In this document: piece by piece, positions 26,592 to 35,771 of the stretch
Layout of the letters: every line of letters starts with the position of its first letter
Numbering within the stretch: position 1 is the first letter of the stretch
From: Acidimicrobiales bacterium
GTDB taxonomy: Bacteria > Actinomycetota > Acidimicrobiia > Acidimicrobiales > CATQHL01
DNA: 64,000 nt
Reading direction: 5' to 3'
Assembly (NCBI GenBank): GCA_963664235.1
Contig: OY760933.1
Location: forward strand, 1,883,419-1,947,418
Program-made: the position numbers and the translations under genes
Notes under the pieces: model-generated
What the model was told of the DNA's origin: nothing
What the model saw: the letters and a program-made list of their open reading frames with translations, nothing else
Databases searched by the model: none

Positions 26592-26619
26592 GTGCTAGAT
26601 AACTAGATAAGTTTAGCAC
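26592..26619 (+). promoter_or_regulatory. Candidate operator in an AT-rich patch upstream of the GntR/PBP regulator
   Basis: Inverted arms GTGCTA (26592-26597) and TAGCAC (26614-26619) enclose a tandem CTAGATAA CTAGATAA. A TATAGT -10 follows at 26641-26646. Confidence 0.4.
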
Positions 26620-26652
26620 GATGTCTAATGAGAACGGCGATATAGTGTGATC

Positions 26653-27819
26653 GTGGCCGGCAATGGCGCCGACATTCAATTTGACGATGCTCCAGTTGTC
26701 GCCGCTGCGATCAGCGTCGACAGCGCCACCCGTGTACCACTTGCGACCCAGATCGCCAGGCAAATCACCTGGCAGGTGGCGATCGGTCGTATCCCCGCCG
26801 GCAGTTACCTACCGGTCATGGCCGTGTTGGCCGCGCAGATCGGCGTGAACGTGCACACCGTGCGTGCCGCCTACCGGCAACTCGCTGATGACGGCATCGC
26901 CGCCATGGCCCGGGGCGCTCGGACGCGTGTGCTGGGCTACGACAGGCGCCGCGCGCCGCGCGGGGCCGACGCCCACCCGAGCTTCACGATCGGCGTGATG
27001 GTGGCGTCGTTCAACATTTTCTACAACGAGTACCTGGACGCCTTGACCAGGGCCGCCGAGATCGAGGGGTGGCTCCCGATCATCTGCCAGACGCGTGGCT
27101 ACGCGCCCGATGTCGTCGCCCGTTACCTCGACCAACTCTTCAGCCGTGACGTCGACGGGCTCATCCTCACGTATTTCGAGAACATCGAAGACGAAGAGGT
27201 GATCGACACCATCGTGTCGTCGGCCCGGTCCCGCCCCTTCGTCCTGGTCGACTGCGCGGACATCGGGGAGGGGTCGCGCATCGTCGTTGACCACGGCGCG
27301 GACGCGCACCGGGTGACCAAGCACCTCGCCGGTCACGGTCACGTCCGCATCGGCCACGTGGGCTCGCCTGCGCGCTTGAGCCGCACGGTCGCGTTCAGGT
27401 CGGGCTACGAGCAGGCTCTCGCCGAGGCCGGGTTGCCCGGCGACGAGCGGCTGGTTGTCCACGCCTCGGGTTTCTCGATGCATGCCGGGGCCAAGGCCGC
27501 GATGCATCTGCTGCAGCAGGACGATCCACCGACGGCGATCATGTGCGCGGACGACACCCTTGCCTTCGGTGTCATCTCAGCAGCCCGAGAACTCGGCCTC
27601 CGCGTGCCCGATGATCTGGCGGTGATGGGCTACTGCGAACTGCCTGTCTCGCGTCTCGCCGTTACGCCGCTCGCCACCGTGGAAATTCCGCCCGATCAAC
27701 TCGCCTATGAGGCGGTCCGAACCCTCCGAAAGGCGATCGACGACGGTGAGCCCCAGCCTCCGCTGGAGATCGAAACGAGGCTCGTTCCCCGGGAGTCCTG
27801 CGGCTGCATCAACACCTAG
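26653..27819 (+). CDS. Transcriptional regulator with a GntR-type winged HTH fused to a LacI/PBP1-type sugar-binding domain
   Basis: The N-terminus has LPVMAVLAAQIGVNVHTVRAAYRQLADDGI (GntR HTH). The rest is periplasmic-binding-protein-like (IGVMVASF..., AIMCADDTLAFGVISAAREL). GTG 26653 is 6 nt after TATAGT. GTG 26647 is the track start. Confidence 0.8.
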   Translation: MAGNGADIQFDDAPVVAAAISVDSATRVPLATQIARQITWQVAIGRIPAGSYLPVMAVLAAQIGVNVHTVRAAYRQLADDGIAAMARGARTRVLGYDRRRAPRGADAHPSFTIGVMVASFNIFYNEYLDALTRAAEIEGWLPIICQTRGYAPDVVARYLDQLFSRDVDGLILTYFENIEDEEVIDTIVSSARSRPFVLVDCADIGEGSRIVVDHGADAHRVTKHLAGHGHVRIGHVGSPARLSRTVAFRSGYEQALAEAGLPGDERLVVHASGFSMHAGAKAAMHLLQQDDPPTAIMCADDTLAFGVISAARELGLRVPDDLAVMGYCELPVSRLAVTPLATVEIPPDQLAYEAVRTLRKAIDDGEPQPPLEIETRLVPRESCGCINT

Positions 27820-27865
27820 CGGTTCGGCACAACGCCGGCAGTGAGCCATGGGATACCGTGGGTTC

Positions 27866-28159
27866 ATGAGCAAATCGAATGAACTGATCGCCGCCGCCGC
27901 CGTTGACGCCCGGCTCGGCGAGATCCCCGGTTGGGAGCGGCGCGGCGACGCCCTGCACCGCGACTTCGAGTTCGCCGACTTCACCGCGGCCTTCGGTTTC
28001 ATGGCATCGGTGGCCTGTGTTGCGGAGCGGCTGTTTCACCATCCCGAGTGGTCGAATGTCTGGAACAAGGTGTCCATCGCTATCAGCAACCACGCCGCCG
28101 GCGGCATAACCGAGAAGGACTTCGACTTCGCTGCCAGAGTCAACAAGCTCGCCGGCTGA
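27866..28159 (+). CDS. Pterin-4-alpha-carbinolamine dehydratase
   Basis: WERRGDALHRDFEFADFTAAFGFMASVACVAERLFHHPEWSNVWNKV. The start could be ATG 27848 or 27866. Confidence 0.85.
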   Translation: MSKSNELIAAAAVDARLGEIPGWERRGDALHRDFEFADFTAAFGFMASVACVAERLFHHPEWSNVWNKVSIAISNHAAGGITEKDFDFAARVNKLAG

Positions 28160-28172
28160 CCGGCACCAGCGC

Positions 28173-29132
28173 CTATACGGCCACGACGGCGTCCATCCAG
28201 CCGGCCACGAATGCGGGGCCGTCGGCCGCGGAGCAGACGCGCATATTGGGGCGGCGTTCGGGGTGGTCGATGGTGCGGAGGATCTGCCCCTCGTACTCGA
28301 CGGCGATGCTGGCGTCCCGCAGCGTTGTGTGGGCGCCTCCGAGAGCGGCGTGCACGGCTAGCGGGTCGTGCAGGTAGGTGCGCTCGTCGAAGTGTGAGCC
28401 GTCCAATCCGTACTTGCCGGCGAAGCCCAGGAACGGCTCGCGCATCTCACCGATGAGCCGCACCAGCTTCTGGGCGACCGGGCCGCCGTCGCTGGTGAGG
28501 CGGTCTCGATCGGCGCGGTCGAGATAGACCTGCAACGTCACTTCGAGGGGTACCAGCGTGATCTCCAGCCCCGACCCGAGCACGATGGCGGCGGCGAGCG
28601 GATCGGAGTTGAGATTCGTCTCGAACGTCGCCGGCCAGGCCACCATGTGTCGCTCGACGATCCCGCCCATGATCGTCACCGGGCCCAAGGCCTCCACCAG
28701 CCCGGGCTCCATCTGCAGTGCCAGGGCGAGGTTGGTCACCGGCCCGACGGTAACGAGGGCCAGCGGATCCCGGGCGCGCCCGGCGGCGTCGAGAATGAAC
28801 CGCGCCGCATCCTCGCGGGTCGGGTCGTCGTCGGGAACCTGCCGTTCGGCATCGCTCAGCACGCCGGCTCCCTCGTGTCCCCACATCTCGTTCCAGTGGA
28901 AACCCTCGGCGCTGCTGCGGCGCAGCGGCACCGAGCGCCCTGCCACGACCGGGACGTGGCGCTTGCCGGAGACCTCCAGCAGCGATCGTGCGATGGCGGC
29001 CCGCAGGGGCGCATGGCCGTGGACGGTCGTCACCCCGACGAGGTCCACATCCGGTTCGGCGATGAGCAGCGCCAGCGCCAGGGCGTCGTCCACATCGGTG
29101 CCGATGTCGGTGTCGAGCAGTACTTGGGTCAT
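28173..29132 (-). CDS. Nucleoside hydrolase (IUNH family)
   Basis: N-terminal VLLDTDIGTDVDDALALAL aspartate cluster. Confidence 0.9.
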   Translation of the reverse strand: MTQVLLDTDIGTDVDDALALALLIAEPDVDLVGVTTVHGHAPLRAAIARSLLEVSGKRHVPVVAGRSVPLRRSSAEGFHWNEMWGHEGAGVLSDAERQVPDDDPTREDAARFILDAAGRARDPLALVTVGPVTNLALALQMEPGLVEALGPVTIMGGIVERHMVAWPATFETNLNSDPLAAAIVLGSGLEITLVPLEVTLQVYLDRADRDRLTSDGGPVAQKLVRLIGEMREPFLGFAGKYGLDGSHFDERTYLHDPLAVHAALGGAHTTLRDASIAVEYEGQILRTIDHPERRPNMRVCSAADGPAFVAGWMDAVVAV

Positions 29133-29208
29133 GTGGTGCGATCCTTCCGTTGGACTTCTCTTGGCGTCGTTGATTCAGGCGTCCGGCGGCGTGGCACCCG
29201 GGCTCTGC

Positions 29209-30051
29209 TCATCCCTTGACCGCCGAGCCCACGACCGACTCGGTGAACGTGCGCTGGAACGCCAGCAGGATGATCGCCGGCACAAGGCACAAGAACGCGG
29301 CGCCGGCGAAGAGCATCCCCCAGTCCACGCCGTACTGCCCGAAGAGCCGGGCGAGCGCCACAGCTCCGACGTCCATGGAGGGGTCGGTGGTGAGCAGCAG
29401 CGGCAGCAGGTAGGCCTGCCACTGGAACACGAAGATGATGATGCCGGCGCCGACCATGGCCGGTCCGGTCAGGGGCAGGTACACGTGCCGGAAGATCCGC
29501 CAGGGGCCGGCGCCGTCGATGGAGGCGGCCTCGGCGAGCTCTGCGGGGATGTCCAGGTAGAACTGCCGCAGCAGGAAGATCGCCAGCCCGTTGCCCACAC
29601 CCGGCAGGATGAGGCCGATGTAGCTATTGTCCAGTCCCACGCTCCGGGCGCTGTCGGCCAACGGGATGGCGAGCGCCTCGAACGGCACCATGAAGGCCAG
29701 CACGACCAGGGCGAAGACGAAGCCGCGACCTCTGAAGCGGAACGCCGTCAGCCCGTAGGCCGCCATGGCGGATATCAGCACGCCCGAGGCGACCGTGGCG
29801 CCCGCCACGATCAGCGAGTTGACGATGGCGCGCCCCAGCGTGCCGTCGGCGATCGCCGTGACGTTCTCGGTCGTGACCGCGTCGGGGATGAACGTGCGCC
29901 AGTCCAGGCCCCGGAAGGACCGGAACACGGCGTTGCCGGGACGAAGCCCGGAGGCCACGGTCCAAGCCAGCGGGACCAGCCACAGGATCGAGAGCACGGG
30001 CACGAGTACCAGCAGGGGCATCCGGGCGAAGCGTGGCATGTCAAGACGCAT
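29209..30051 (-). CDS. Carbohydrate ABC transporter permease (MalG-type)
   Basis: Six TM segments and the EAA loop AELAEAASIDGAGPWRIFRHVYLPL. Confidence 0.9.
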   Translation of the reverse strand: MRLDMPRFARMPLLVLVPVLSILWLVPLAWTVASGLRPGNAVFRSFRGLDWRTFIPDAVTTENVTAIADGTLGRAIVNSLIVAGATVASGVLISAMAAYGLTAFRFRGRGFVFALVVLAFMVPFEALAIPLADSARSVGLDNSYIGLILPGVGNGLAIFLLRQFYLDIPAELAEAASIDGAGPWRIFRHVYLPLTGPAMVGAGIIIFVFQWQAYLLPLLLTTDPSMDVGAVALARLFGQYGVDWGMLFAGAAFLCLVPAIILLAFQRTFTESVVGSAVKG

Positions 30052-30946
30052 GGCGGACCTTCGCTCTCGGGCCGCTCATCAGCCGGAACTGCACGGCCAC
30101 GATGGCCGCCACGAGCGCCACGAGGACGGTGATCTGGGCGAACGCCGGGCCGGGATTGTTGAACACGAAGGCCTGCGTGTACGCCTCGTACATCACCAGG
30201 TTGGTGCTACCGGCGGGGCCGCCGCGAGTGAGGACCTGTACGGGCACGAACAGCAGGAAGTTCGCCACGGTGGCGGCGATCAGCACGAACCCCAACTGCC
30301 GGCGGATCATCGGGGTGACGATCGTGATGAGCCGCCGCCACCAGCCGGCGCCGTCGATGGCGGCGGCCTCGACCAGCTCGATCGGCACGTTCTTGATGCC
30401 CGCGATGAGGAACATCATCCAGTAGCCGACCCCGATCCAGCTGGCGATGACCATAATCACGTACAGGGCCTGGCCGGGCGACGTCAAGAAGGGCTGGTCG
30501 GGTAGGCCCACGACTCCCAGCAGGCTGTTCACGATCCCGTCGCCGGGGCGGAACCATATGCCCCAGACGACCGTCGACACCGCCGGCGGCACCGCCATCG
30601 GCAGGAAGATCAGCGTGCGCCACAAGCCCACGGCCGGCAGGCGCTGGCTGAGCACGACCGCCAAGGCGTAGGCGACCAGCACCTGCGCCGGATTGATGAT
30701 GGCGTTGAAGACGACCGTCGTCACGACGGCTTCCCGGAACGTCGTCGCGCCGAGTTCGGCGTAGTTGGCGAGGCTCCAGGCCCCGCCGTCGCGCAGGCTG
30801 GCGATGAAAGTGTCGACCGCCGGGGCGAGGCGCGTCAGCACCAGCGTCGCCAGCGCGGGCGCCAGGAAGACCATGGCGACCGCACCGCCCGAGCGCGGGC
30901 GGTGCCGCCTTGGCAGCGACACCGCCCGCGACCGAGGCTGGGCCAT
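30041..30946 (-). CDS. Carbohydrate ABC transporter permease (MalF-type)
   Basis: EAA loop ELVEAAAIDGAGWWRRLITIVTPM. The ATG overlaps the upstream binding-protein stop. Confidence 0.9.
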   Translation of the reverse strand: MAQPRSRAVSLPRRHRPRSGGAVAMVFLAPALATLVLTRLAPAVDTFIASLRDGGAWSLANYAELGATTFREAVVTTVVFNAIINPAQVLVAYALAVVLSQRLPAVGLWRTLIFLPMAVPPAVSTVVWGIWFRPGDGIVNSLLGVVGLPDQPFLTSPGQALYVIMVIASWIGVGYWMMFLIAGIKNVPIELVEAAAIDGAGWWRRLITIVTPMIRRQLGFVLIAATVANFLLFVPVQVLTRGGPAGSTNLVMYEAYTQAFVFNNPGPAFAQITVLVALVAAIVAVQFRLMSGPRAKVRHAS

Positions 30947-32406
30947 CAGCCGCTCGGGAGTTGAGCCTCCAGATCGGACTGGGCGCGCTCGAGGGTCTCT
31001 CGCACGTCGAGACCGTTGCGGATGTCCTCGAAGGCCCGACCCAGGATCTCTTCAAACTGGATGTAGCCGATGCTGCGCGGCCGCACCACGGAGGTGTTGT
31101 CCAACTCGTACTCGACCAGCTCGCCGGCCGTGGTGCCACCCTCGCCGCGGTCCCACGGCGGGGAGACGATGAAGGCCGGGAGAGCCCCGGTCAGAGCCGG
31201 CGGGGCGACGTCGACGGTCAGGAAGATGTTCGTGCCGGTGGGCGAGGTGGTGACCCACTTGGCGAAGGTGGTCGCCGCCTCGGTGTTCGGGCTGTTGGGG
31301 TTCACGCCGAGCGACAGGGCGCCCGTGGGCGTGACCGGATCGTGACCCTCGAAGTACGGGTGGGGCGCGAAGCCCAGATCGAACTCGAGAGGCCAGAAGA
31401 GTTCGAAAATGCCGCCCCAATGGGTCCCGCCGAGGTAGAAGGCGACCTCGCCCGCCGCGAAGGCGTTCGGGGTCTCCTCCGGTGGCATGCCGCGTGGCGC
31501 CACGCCGTCGTCGGCGAACAGGCTGGCGTAGAACTCCATCGCCTCGATCCAGCCGTCGTTGACGAGGTCGGGCTGTAGGTTGGCCGGACCGGTCAGGCCG
31601 GGGCCTCCACCGAGCGACTCGATCAGGGGCTGCAGCTGGTAGTAGCGGCTCACCTGGTCGAACTGGAAGCCGTAGGTGGCGCCGCCCTCCTGGGCCTGGC
31701 GCGCCAGGTCGACCAATTCGTCCCAGGTCATACGGTCGTCGGGAGACGTTGACGGGTAGGGAATCCCCGCCTGGTCCAGCAGCGACTTGTTGTAGTAGAG
31801 GATCTGCGTCGAGGTGTTGAGCGGCAGAGCCATCAGCCTGCCGTCCACGGTCGAGGCCGTCAGCGCCGTGTCCACCCAGTCGTTCGCGGCGTCGCCGACG
31901 GCGTCGGAGACGTCGTGGAGGAACCCCTGGTTGTCCAGCGCCGCAACCCGCGGCTGATCGGCGATATAGACGTCCGGGCTCTCGCCGCCGTCCGAGATGC
32001 GGCTCTGGATGACCTGGTTCAACTCGCCGAACGGCACGGACTGGTACTCCACGGTGATGCCGGGGTTCTCGGCGTGGAACGCATCAAGCAGTGGTGCCAC
32101 CCCCTCGGGGCCGTAGAACCCGAGGAACGAGATCGTCACGGGCTCCGCGTCGTCCATCGGCTCCGGTGGCGGAGGCGGCTCAGGCGCCGGCTCGGGAGGC
32201 GGCGGTGCCGGTTCGGGCTCGGGCGCCGGTGCCGGTTCGGGCGCCGGTGCGGGTTCGGGCGCCGGTGCCGGTTCGGCAGGCGGCGGGCTCGGGGCCGCCG
32301 CGGTGTCGCCGCCGTCGTCGCCGCAGGCAGTCAGGCTCACGGTCAGCAGTGCGATCGCGCACGCGGCCACTGCTATGGCGCGCCAGCGAGACATCGATGT
32401 TCTCAT
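30946..32406 (-). CDS. Extracellular solute-binding lipoprotein (sugar/nucleoside ABC transporter)
   Basis: MRTSMSRWRAIAVAACAIALLTVSLTACG (lipobox), a Pro/Glu/Ala linker, then a family-1 solute-binding fold. ATG 32406 is preceded by GAGGAGGGG. Confidence 0.85.
   Translation of the reverse strand: MRTSMSRWRAIAVAACAIALLTVSLTACGDDGGDTAAAPSPPPAEPAPAPEPAPAPEPAPAPEPEPAPPPPEPAPEPPPPPEPMDDAEPVTISFLGFYGPEGVAPLLDAFHAENPGITVEYQSVPFGELNQVIQSRISDGGESPDVYIADQPRVAALDNQGFLHDVSDAVGDAANDWVDTALTASTVDGRLMALPLNTSTQILYYNKSLLDQAGIPYPSTSPDDRMTWDELVDLARQAQEGGATYGFQFDQVSRYYQLQPLIESLGGGPGLTGPANLQPDLVNDGWIEAMEFYASLFADDGVAPRGMPPEETPNAFAAGEVAFYLGGTHWGGIFELFWPLEFDLGFAPHPYFEGHDPVTPTGALSLGVNPNSPNTEAATTFAKWVTTSPTGTNIFLTVDVAPPALTGALPAFIVSPPWDRGEGGTTAGELVEYELDNTSVVRPRSIGYIQFEEILGRAFEDIRNGLDVRETLERAQSDLEAQLPSG
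32205..32276. repeat. 18-bp in-frame tandem repeat encoding the (PEPAPA)n tether of the binding lipoprotein
   Basis: gcgccggtgccggttcgg-type units at 32223, 32241 and 32259, preceded by a partial unit. Confidence 0.7.
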
Positions 32407-32559
32407 GTCTTTCCCCTCCTCGGTTGAGAACCGATGACCGTTGTCTAGCACCCGGCAGCCGATCATGCAGCGAGGCGCTGCGGGCCTACCGGAGCATGGG
32501 GACCGTCAGATCGGGAGTGTTCTGGGCGGCCCGGTGGTTGCGGCGGGGCGCTCCGCCGC

Positions 32560-35112
32560 TCAGCCGCCTCGGCCCGCGAATCGCACGCCGCCAGGGACTG
32601 ACATCCGGTAGCCCCAGCACTCGAGGGTGCGGTCGTGGCGGATGCCACAGGAGTGTTCCGAGCCGACGGCCACTGCGGTGAAGTGGCCGTCCGGGGCGTC
32701 GGTGGCGCCGGCGTCATCCGAGCCCCAGCAGATGATTGTGCCGTCGGTACGCACTCCGCAGGAGTGTCTCCAGCCGGCGGCCACCGCAGTGAATCGTTCC
32801 GGCGGCGCGTCGTTCTGGCCGTACCGGTTGTCACCCCAACAGGTGATCGTGGCGTCGGTGGCCAACCCGCACGAGTGACTGTTCCCGGAGGTGATGGTGG
32901 TGAATTCGCCGGTCGGCGCGTCGGTCTGTCCTCGGTCTCGGTTGCCCCAGCACGTAACGGTCCTGTCGATGCGCAGCCCGCACGCGAAATAGTCGCCGGC
33001 GGTCACGGCGGCGAACCGCCCGCTCGGCGGGTCGGACTCGCCGGCGCTGTTGGCGCCCCAGCATCTGATCGTGCCGTCGGTGCCCAGCGCGCAGGAGTGC
33101 CCGCTGCCTGCCGACACGTCGACGAACGTGCCGGGCGGTGGATCGGTCTCCCCGGAGGCGCCGTTCCCCCAGCAGGTGATGGTGCCGTCGTTGCGCACCC
33201 CGCATGCATGAGAGTTCCCGATGGACACTGTCCCGAACTGCCCGCTCGGGGTGTTGGTCTCGCCGGAGGCTCCGTTGCCCCAGCACACCACGGTCCCGGC
33301 GGCGCGCGATCCGCACGAGCCGTCCCAGCGGCCGGAGATGGCCGTGAACGCGCCATGCGGTGGTTCGGTCCGTCCGTCGTTCAGACCCCAGCAGGCGATT
33401 GTGCCGTCGCCATGCAGCCCGCAGGAGTGGAAGCCACCGGCGTCGAAGCTGGTGAACCGTCCGTTTGGCACCCGGGTCTGTTGCCGGCGGTCGCTTCCCC
33501 AGCAGGTGACGGTGCCGTAGGGGCGCATCCCGCAGGAATGCCACATCCCGGCCGTGACGGCGGTGAACCGCCCGCCCGGCGCGTTCACCTGACCGAAGTC
33601 GTTCCGACCCCAGCACTCGATGGTTGCGTCGGAGCGCAACCCGCACGAGTGCCAGCCGCCAGCGGCGATAGCCGCCAGTCGTGTGTCCGGTACGTCCAGT
33701 TGGCCGTACCTGTCGTCGCCCCAGCAGGTCGCGGATCCGTCGGACCGAAGTGCGCACGAATGCCACGAGCCCGCGGTCACCGCGGCGAACGCGCCGCCCG
33801 GAGTTTCCGTCTGCCCGAACCGGTCCGATCCCCAGCAATCGATGGTCCCATCGCCGCGCAGCCCGCAGACGTGGTCGTCACCGGACGTGATGGCCGCGAA
33901 TTGATCGACCGGCGTGTCGATCGCGCCCTCGTCGGTGGTGCCCCAGCAGGCGGCGGTGCCATCGGCGCTGAGTGCGCAGCTATGAATGCGGCCGGCGGTC
34001 ACCGCTTCGACGGGTCCGCCGGGGGCTTCCAGCACATCCTCCGAGGCCTGATCTCCCCAGCATTCGACCGTGCCGTCCGCGCGAAGGCCACAGGCGTGAA
34101 ATCCGCCCGCGGTCACCGCGCTGAAGGTACGCGCGAGATCGGCTTCGCCGACGGAGTTGTTGCTGGATCCGTGCACGACTTGCACGCCGGCGGGCAACGC
34201 TGGCCAATCCATGTAACCCCAGCAGGCGACGGTGCCGTCGGCGCGGAGCCCGCAGCTGTGGTACGGGCCGACGCTGACGGCACTGAACGCGCCGTCCGGC
34301 GTGTCGGCCTGACCCAAGTGGTTGTTTCCCCAGCAGTAGAGGGTTCCGTCGTCGCGCAGGCCGCAAGAGTGCCAGCCGCCGGCGTCGATGGCGTCGAATT
34401 GCCCGCTCGGCGTGTCGGCCTGACCGTCGCTGTTGTAGCCCCAGCAGGCGGTCCTTCCGTCGATCCGTCGAGCGCACGAGTGCCAGTTCCCCGCCGCCAC
34501 GTCACTGAACGCGCCGGCGGGCGCCTCGACTTGACCGACGTCACTCCTGCCCCAGCAGGTGATGGCGCCGTTCACGTGCAGCCCGCACGTGTGGCCCCCG
34601 CCTGCGGCAACGGCTGCGAAGAGCCCGCGTGGCGCGTCGCTCTGCCCGAAGGTGTTGTTGCCCCAGCAGGTGATGGTGCCGTTGACGCGCAGCGCGCAGC
34701 TATGGACGTCACCGGTCGCAATCGCGGTGAACGGTCCGGCAGGTGCGTCGTTCTGGTTGGACGTGTTCTTCCCCCAGCAGGTCACCATGCCGGTCTCCAG
34801 CAGGCCGCACGAGTGTGCCCAACCGGCGCTCACCGCGACGAACAGTCCGTCGGGCGCGTCACTCTGGCCGCTGTCGTTGTTGCCCCAGCAGGTGACAGTG
34901 CCGTCGTGGTGCCGTCCGCAGGCGTGCCGGCCGCCGCTGGTCACAGCGCCGAACGGTCCGGCGGGGTCGGTGGCAGCGACGCTCTCGGAGGGCGTTGATG
35001 CCGCGGGGTCGTCGCCGCTCATCGCCGTGAGATGGGAGCCCTGCGTCGAAGCTCCCGCGCCCGCCGTCGCGACGAGGCAGATGATTGCGGTCACTGCCAG
35101 CGTGCGAGCCAC
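32560..35112 (-). CDS. Secreted RCC1-like repeat protein (21 short RCC1_2-type blades)
   Basis: Signal-like MARTLAVTAIICLVATAGAGAST. It is followed by 21 copies of a roughly 38-aa unit, F.AV.AG..HSCGLR.DGT..CWG.N..GQ...P. GTG 35112 is preceded by GGAGGG. Confidence 0.85.
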   Translation of the reverse strand: MARTLAVTAIICLVATAGAGASTQGSHLTAMSGDDPAASTPSESVAATDPAGPFGAVTSGGRHACGRHHDGTVTCWGNNDSGQSDAPDGLFVAVSAGWAHSCGLLETGMVTCWGKNTSNQNDAPAGPFTAIATGDVHSCALRVNGTITCWGNNTFGQSDAPRGLFAAVAAGGGHTCGLHVNGAITCWGRSDVGQVEAPAGAFSDVAAGNWHSCARRIDGRTACWGYNSDGQADTPSGQFDAIDAGGWHSCGLRDDGTLYCWGNNHLGQADTPDGAFSAVSVGPYHSCGLRADGTVACWGYMDWPALPAGVQVVHGSSNNSVGEADLARTFSAVTAGGFHACGLRADGTVECWGDQASEDVLEAPGGPVEAVTAGRIHSCALSADGTAACWGTTDEGAIDTPVDQFAAITSGDDHVCGLRGDGTIDCWGSDRFGQTETPGGAFAAVTAGSWHSCALRSDGSATCWGDDRYGQLDVPDTRLAAIAAGGWHSCGLRSDATIECWGRNDFGQVNAPGGRFTAVTAGMWHSCGMRPYGTVTCWGSDRRQQTRVPNGRFTSFDAGGFHSCGLHGDGTIACWGLNDGRTEPPHGAFTAISGRWDGSCGSRAAGTVVCWGNGASGETNTPSGQFGTVSIGNSHACGVRNDGTITCWGNGASGETDPPPGTFVDVSAGSGHSCALGTDGTIRCWGANSAGESDPPSGRFAAVTAGDYFACGLRIDRTVTCWGNRDRGQTDAPTGEFTTITSGNSHSCGLATDATITCWGDNRYGQNDAPPERFTAVAAGWRHSCGVRTDGTIICWGSDDAGATDAPDGHFTAVAVGSEHSCGIRHDRTLECWGYRMSVPGGVRFAGRGG

Positions 35113-35319
35113 GAGATCCCTCCTTGTGTCGCCTACCAGGCTCGCGCTGGCCGGAGCGGACAGCGCGAGACGGCGACCCCACCGTTTGGCGTCTCTAGCC
35201 GTTCAGACGACGAGAGGTGTGCGCAAGTTCCCGAGAAGAAGAAATCTGGTCGGGGGTGATTCGGTTGTGCCGAGCGGCGTTGGCCGCGCCCACGGTGTGG
35301 TCGGGCGAGGTACCTACCT

Positions 35320-35757
35320 CTAGGCGCGGAGGCTCTCGGCGAGGGTGTTCCAGCAGAGGGTGGCGCACTTGATGCGCACCGGGAACTTCACGACGCCCCG
35401 CAGCGCCTCGAGGTCGCCCAGGTCGGCGGGTGGCGCGACTTCGCCGCCGTCGGTGACGATCGACATCATCGCCTTGAAGGAGCGCTCCAGCTTCTCGACC
35501 TCGGCAAGGCTGCGCCCCTTCACCGCCACGGACATCATCGAGGCGGTGGACTGGCTGATGGAGCAGCCCTGGCCGCCCACGCGCAAGTCGCGCACCACGC
35601 CGTCGGCCACGTCGGTGTAAATCACCACCTCGTCGCCGCACAGCGGGTTGAATCCCTCGGCCCGGCGGGCTGGCGGGCACGGCAACTCGCCCCGGTTGCG
35701 GGGGTTGCGGTAATGGTCAAGGACGATCTCGCGGTAGAGGTCTTCGAGGCCGGGCAT
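35320..35757 (-). CDS. sufU: SufU/IscU-like Fe-S scaffold / sulfur acceptor
   Basis: LYREIVLDHYRNPRN, NPLCGDEV, GQGCSISQSTASMM and KFPVRIKCATLCWNTL. Confidence 0.9.
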   Translation of the reverse strand: MPGLEDLYREIVLDHYRNPRNRGELPCPPARRAEGFNPLCGDEVVIYTDVADGVVRDLRVGGQGCSISQSTASMMSVAVKGRSLAEVEKLERSFKAMMSIVTDGGEVAPPADLGDLEALRGVVKFPVRIKCATLCWNTLAESLRA

Positions 35758-35771
35758 GGTGGTTGCGAAGG

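Noticed and set aside
32635-34998. 787-aa plus-strand ORF
   Set aside because: It is antisense to the RCC1-repeat gene. Its periodicity only mirrors the repeats on the other strand, and its composition is Gly/Ala/Arg/Pro-dominated.
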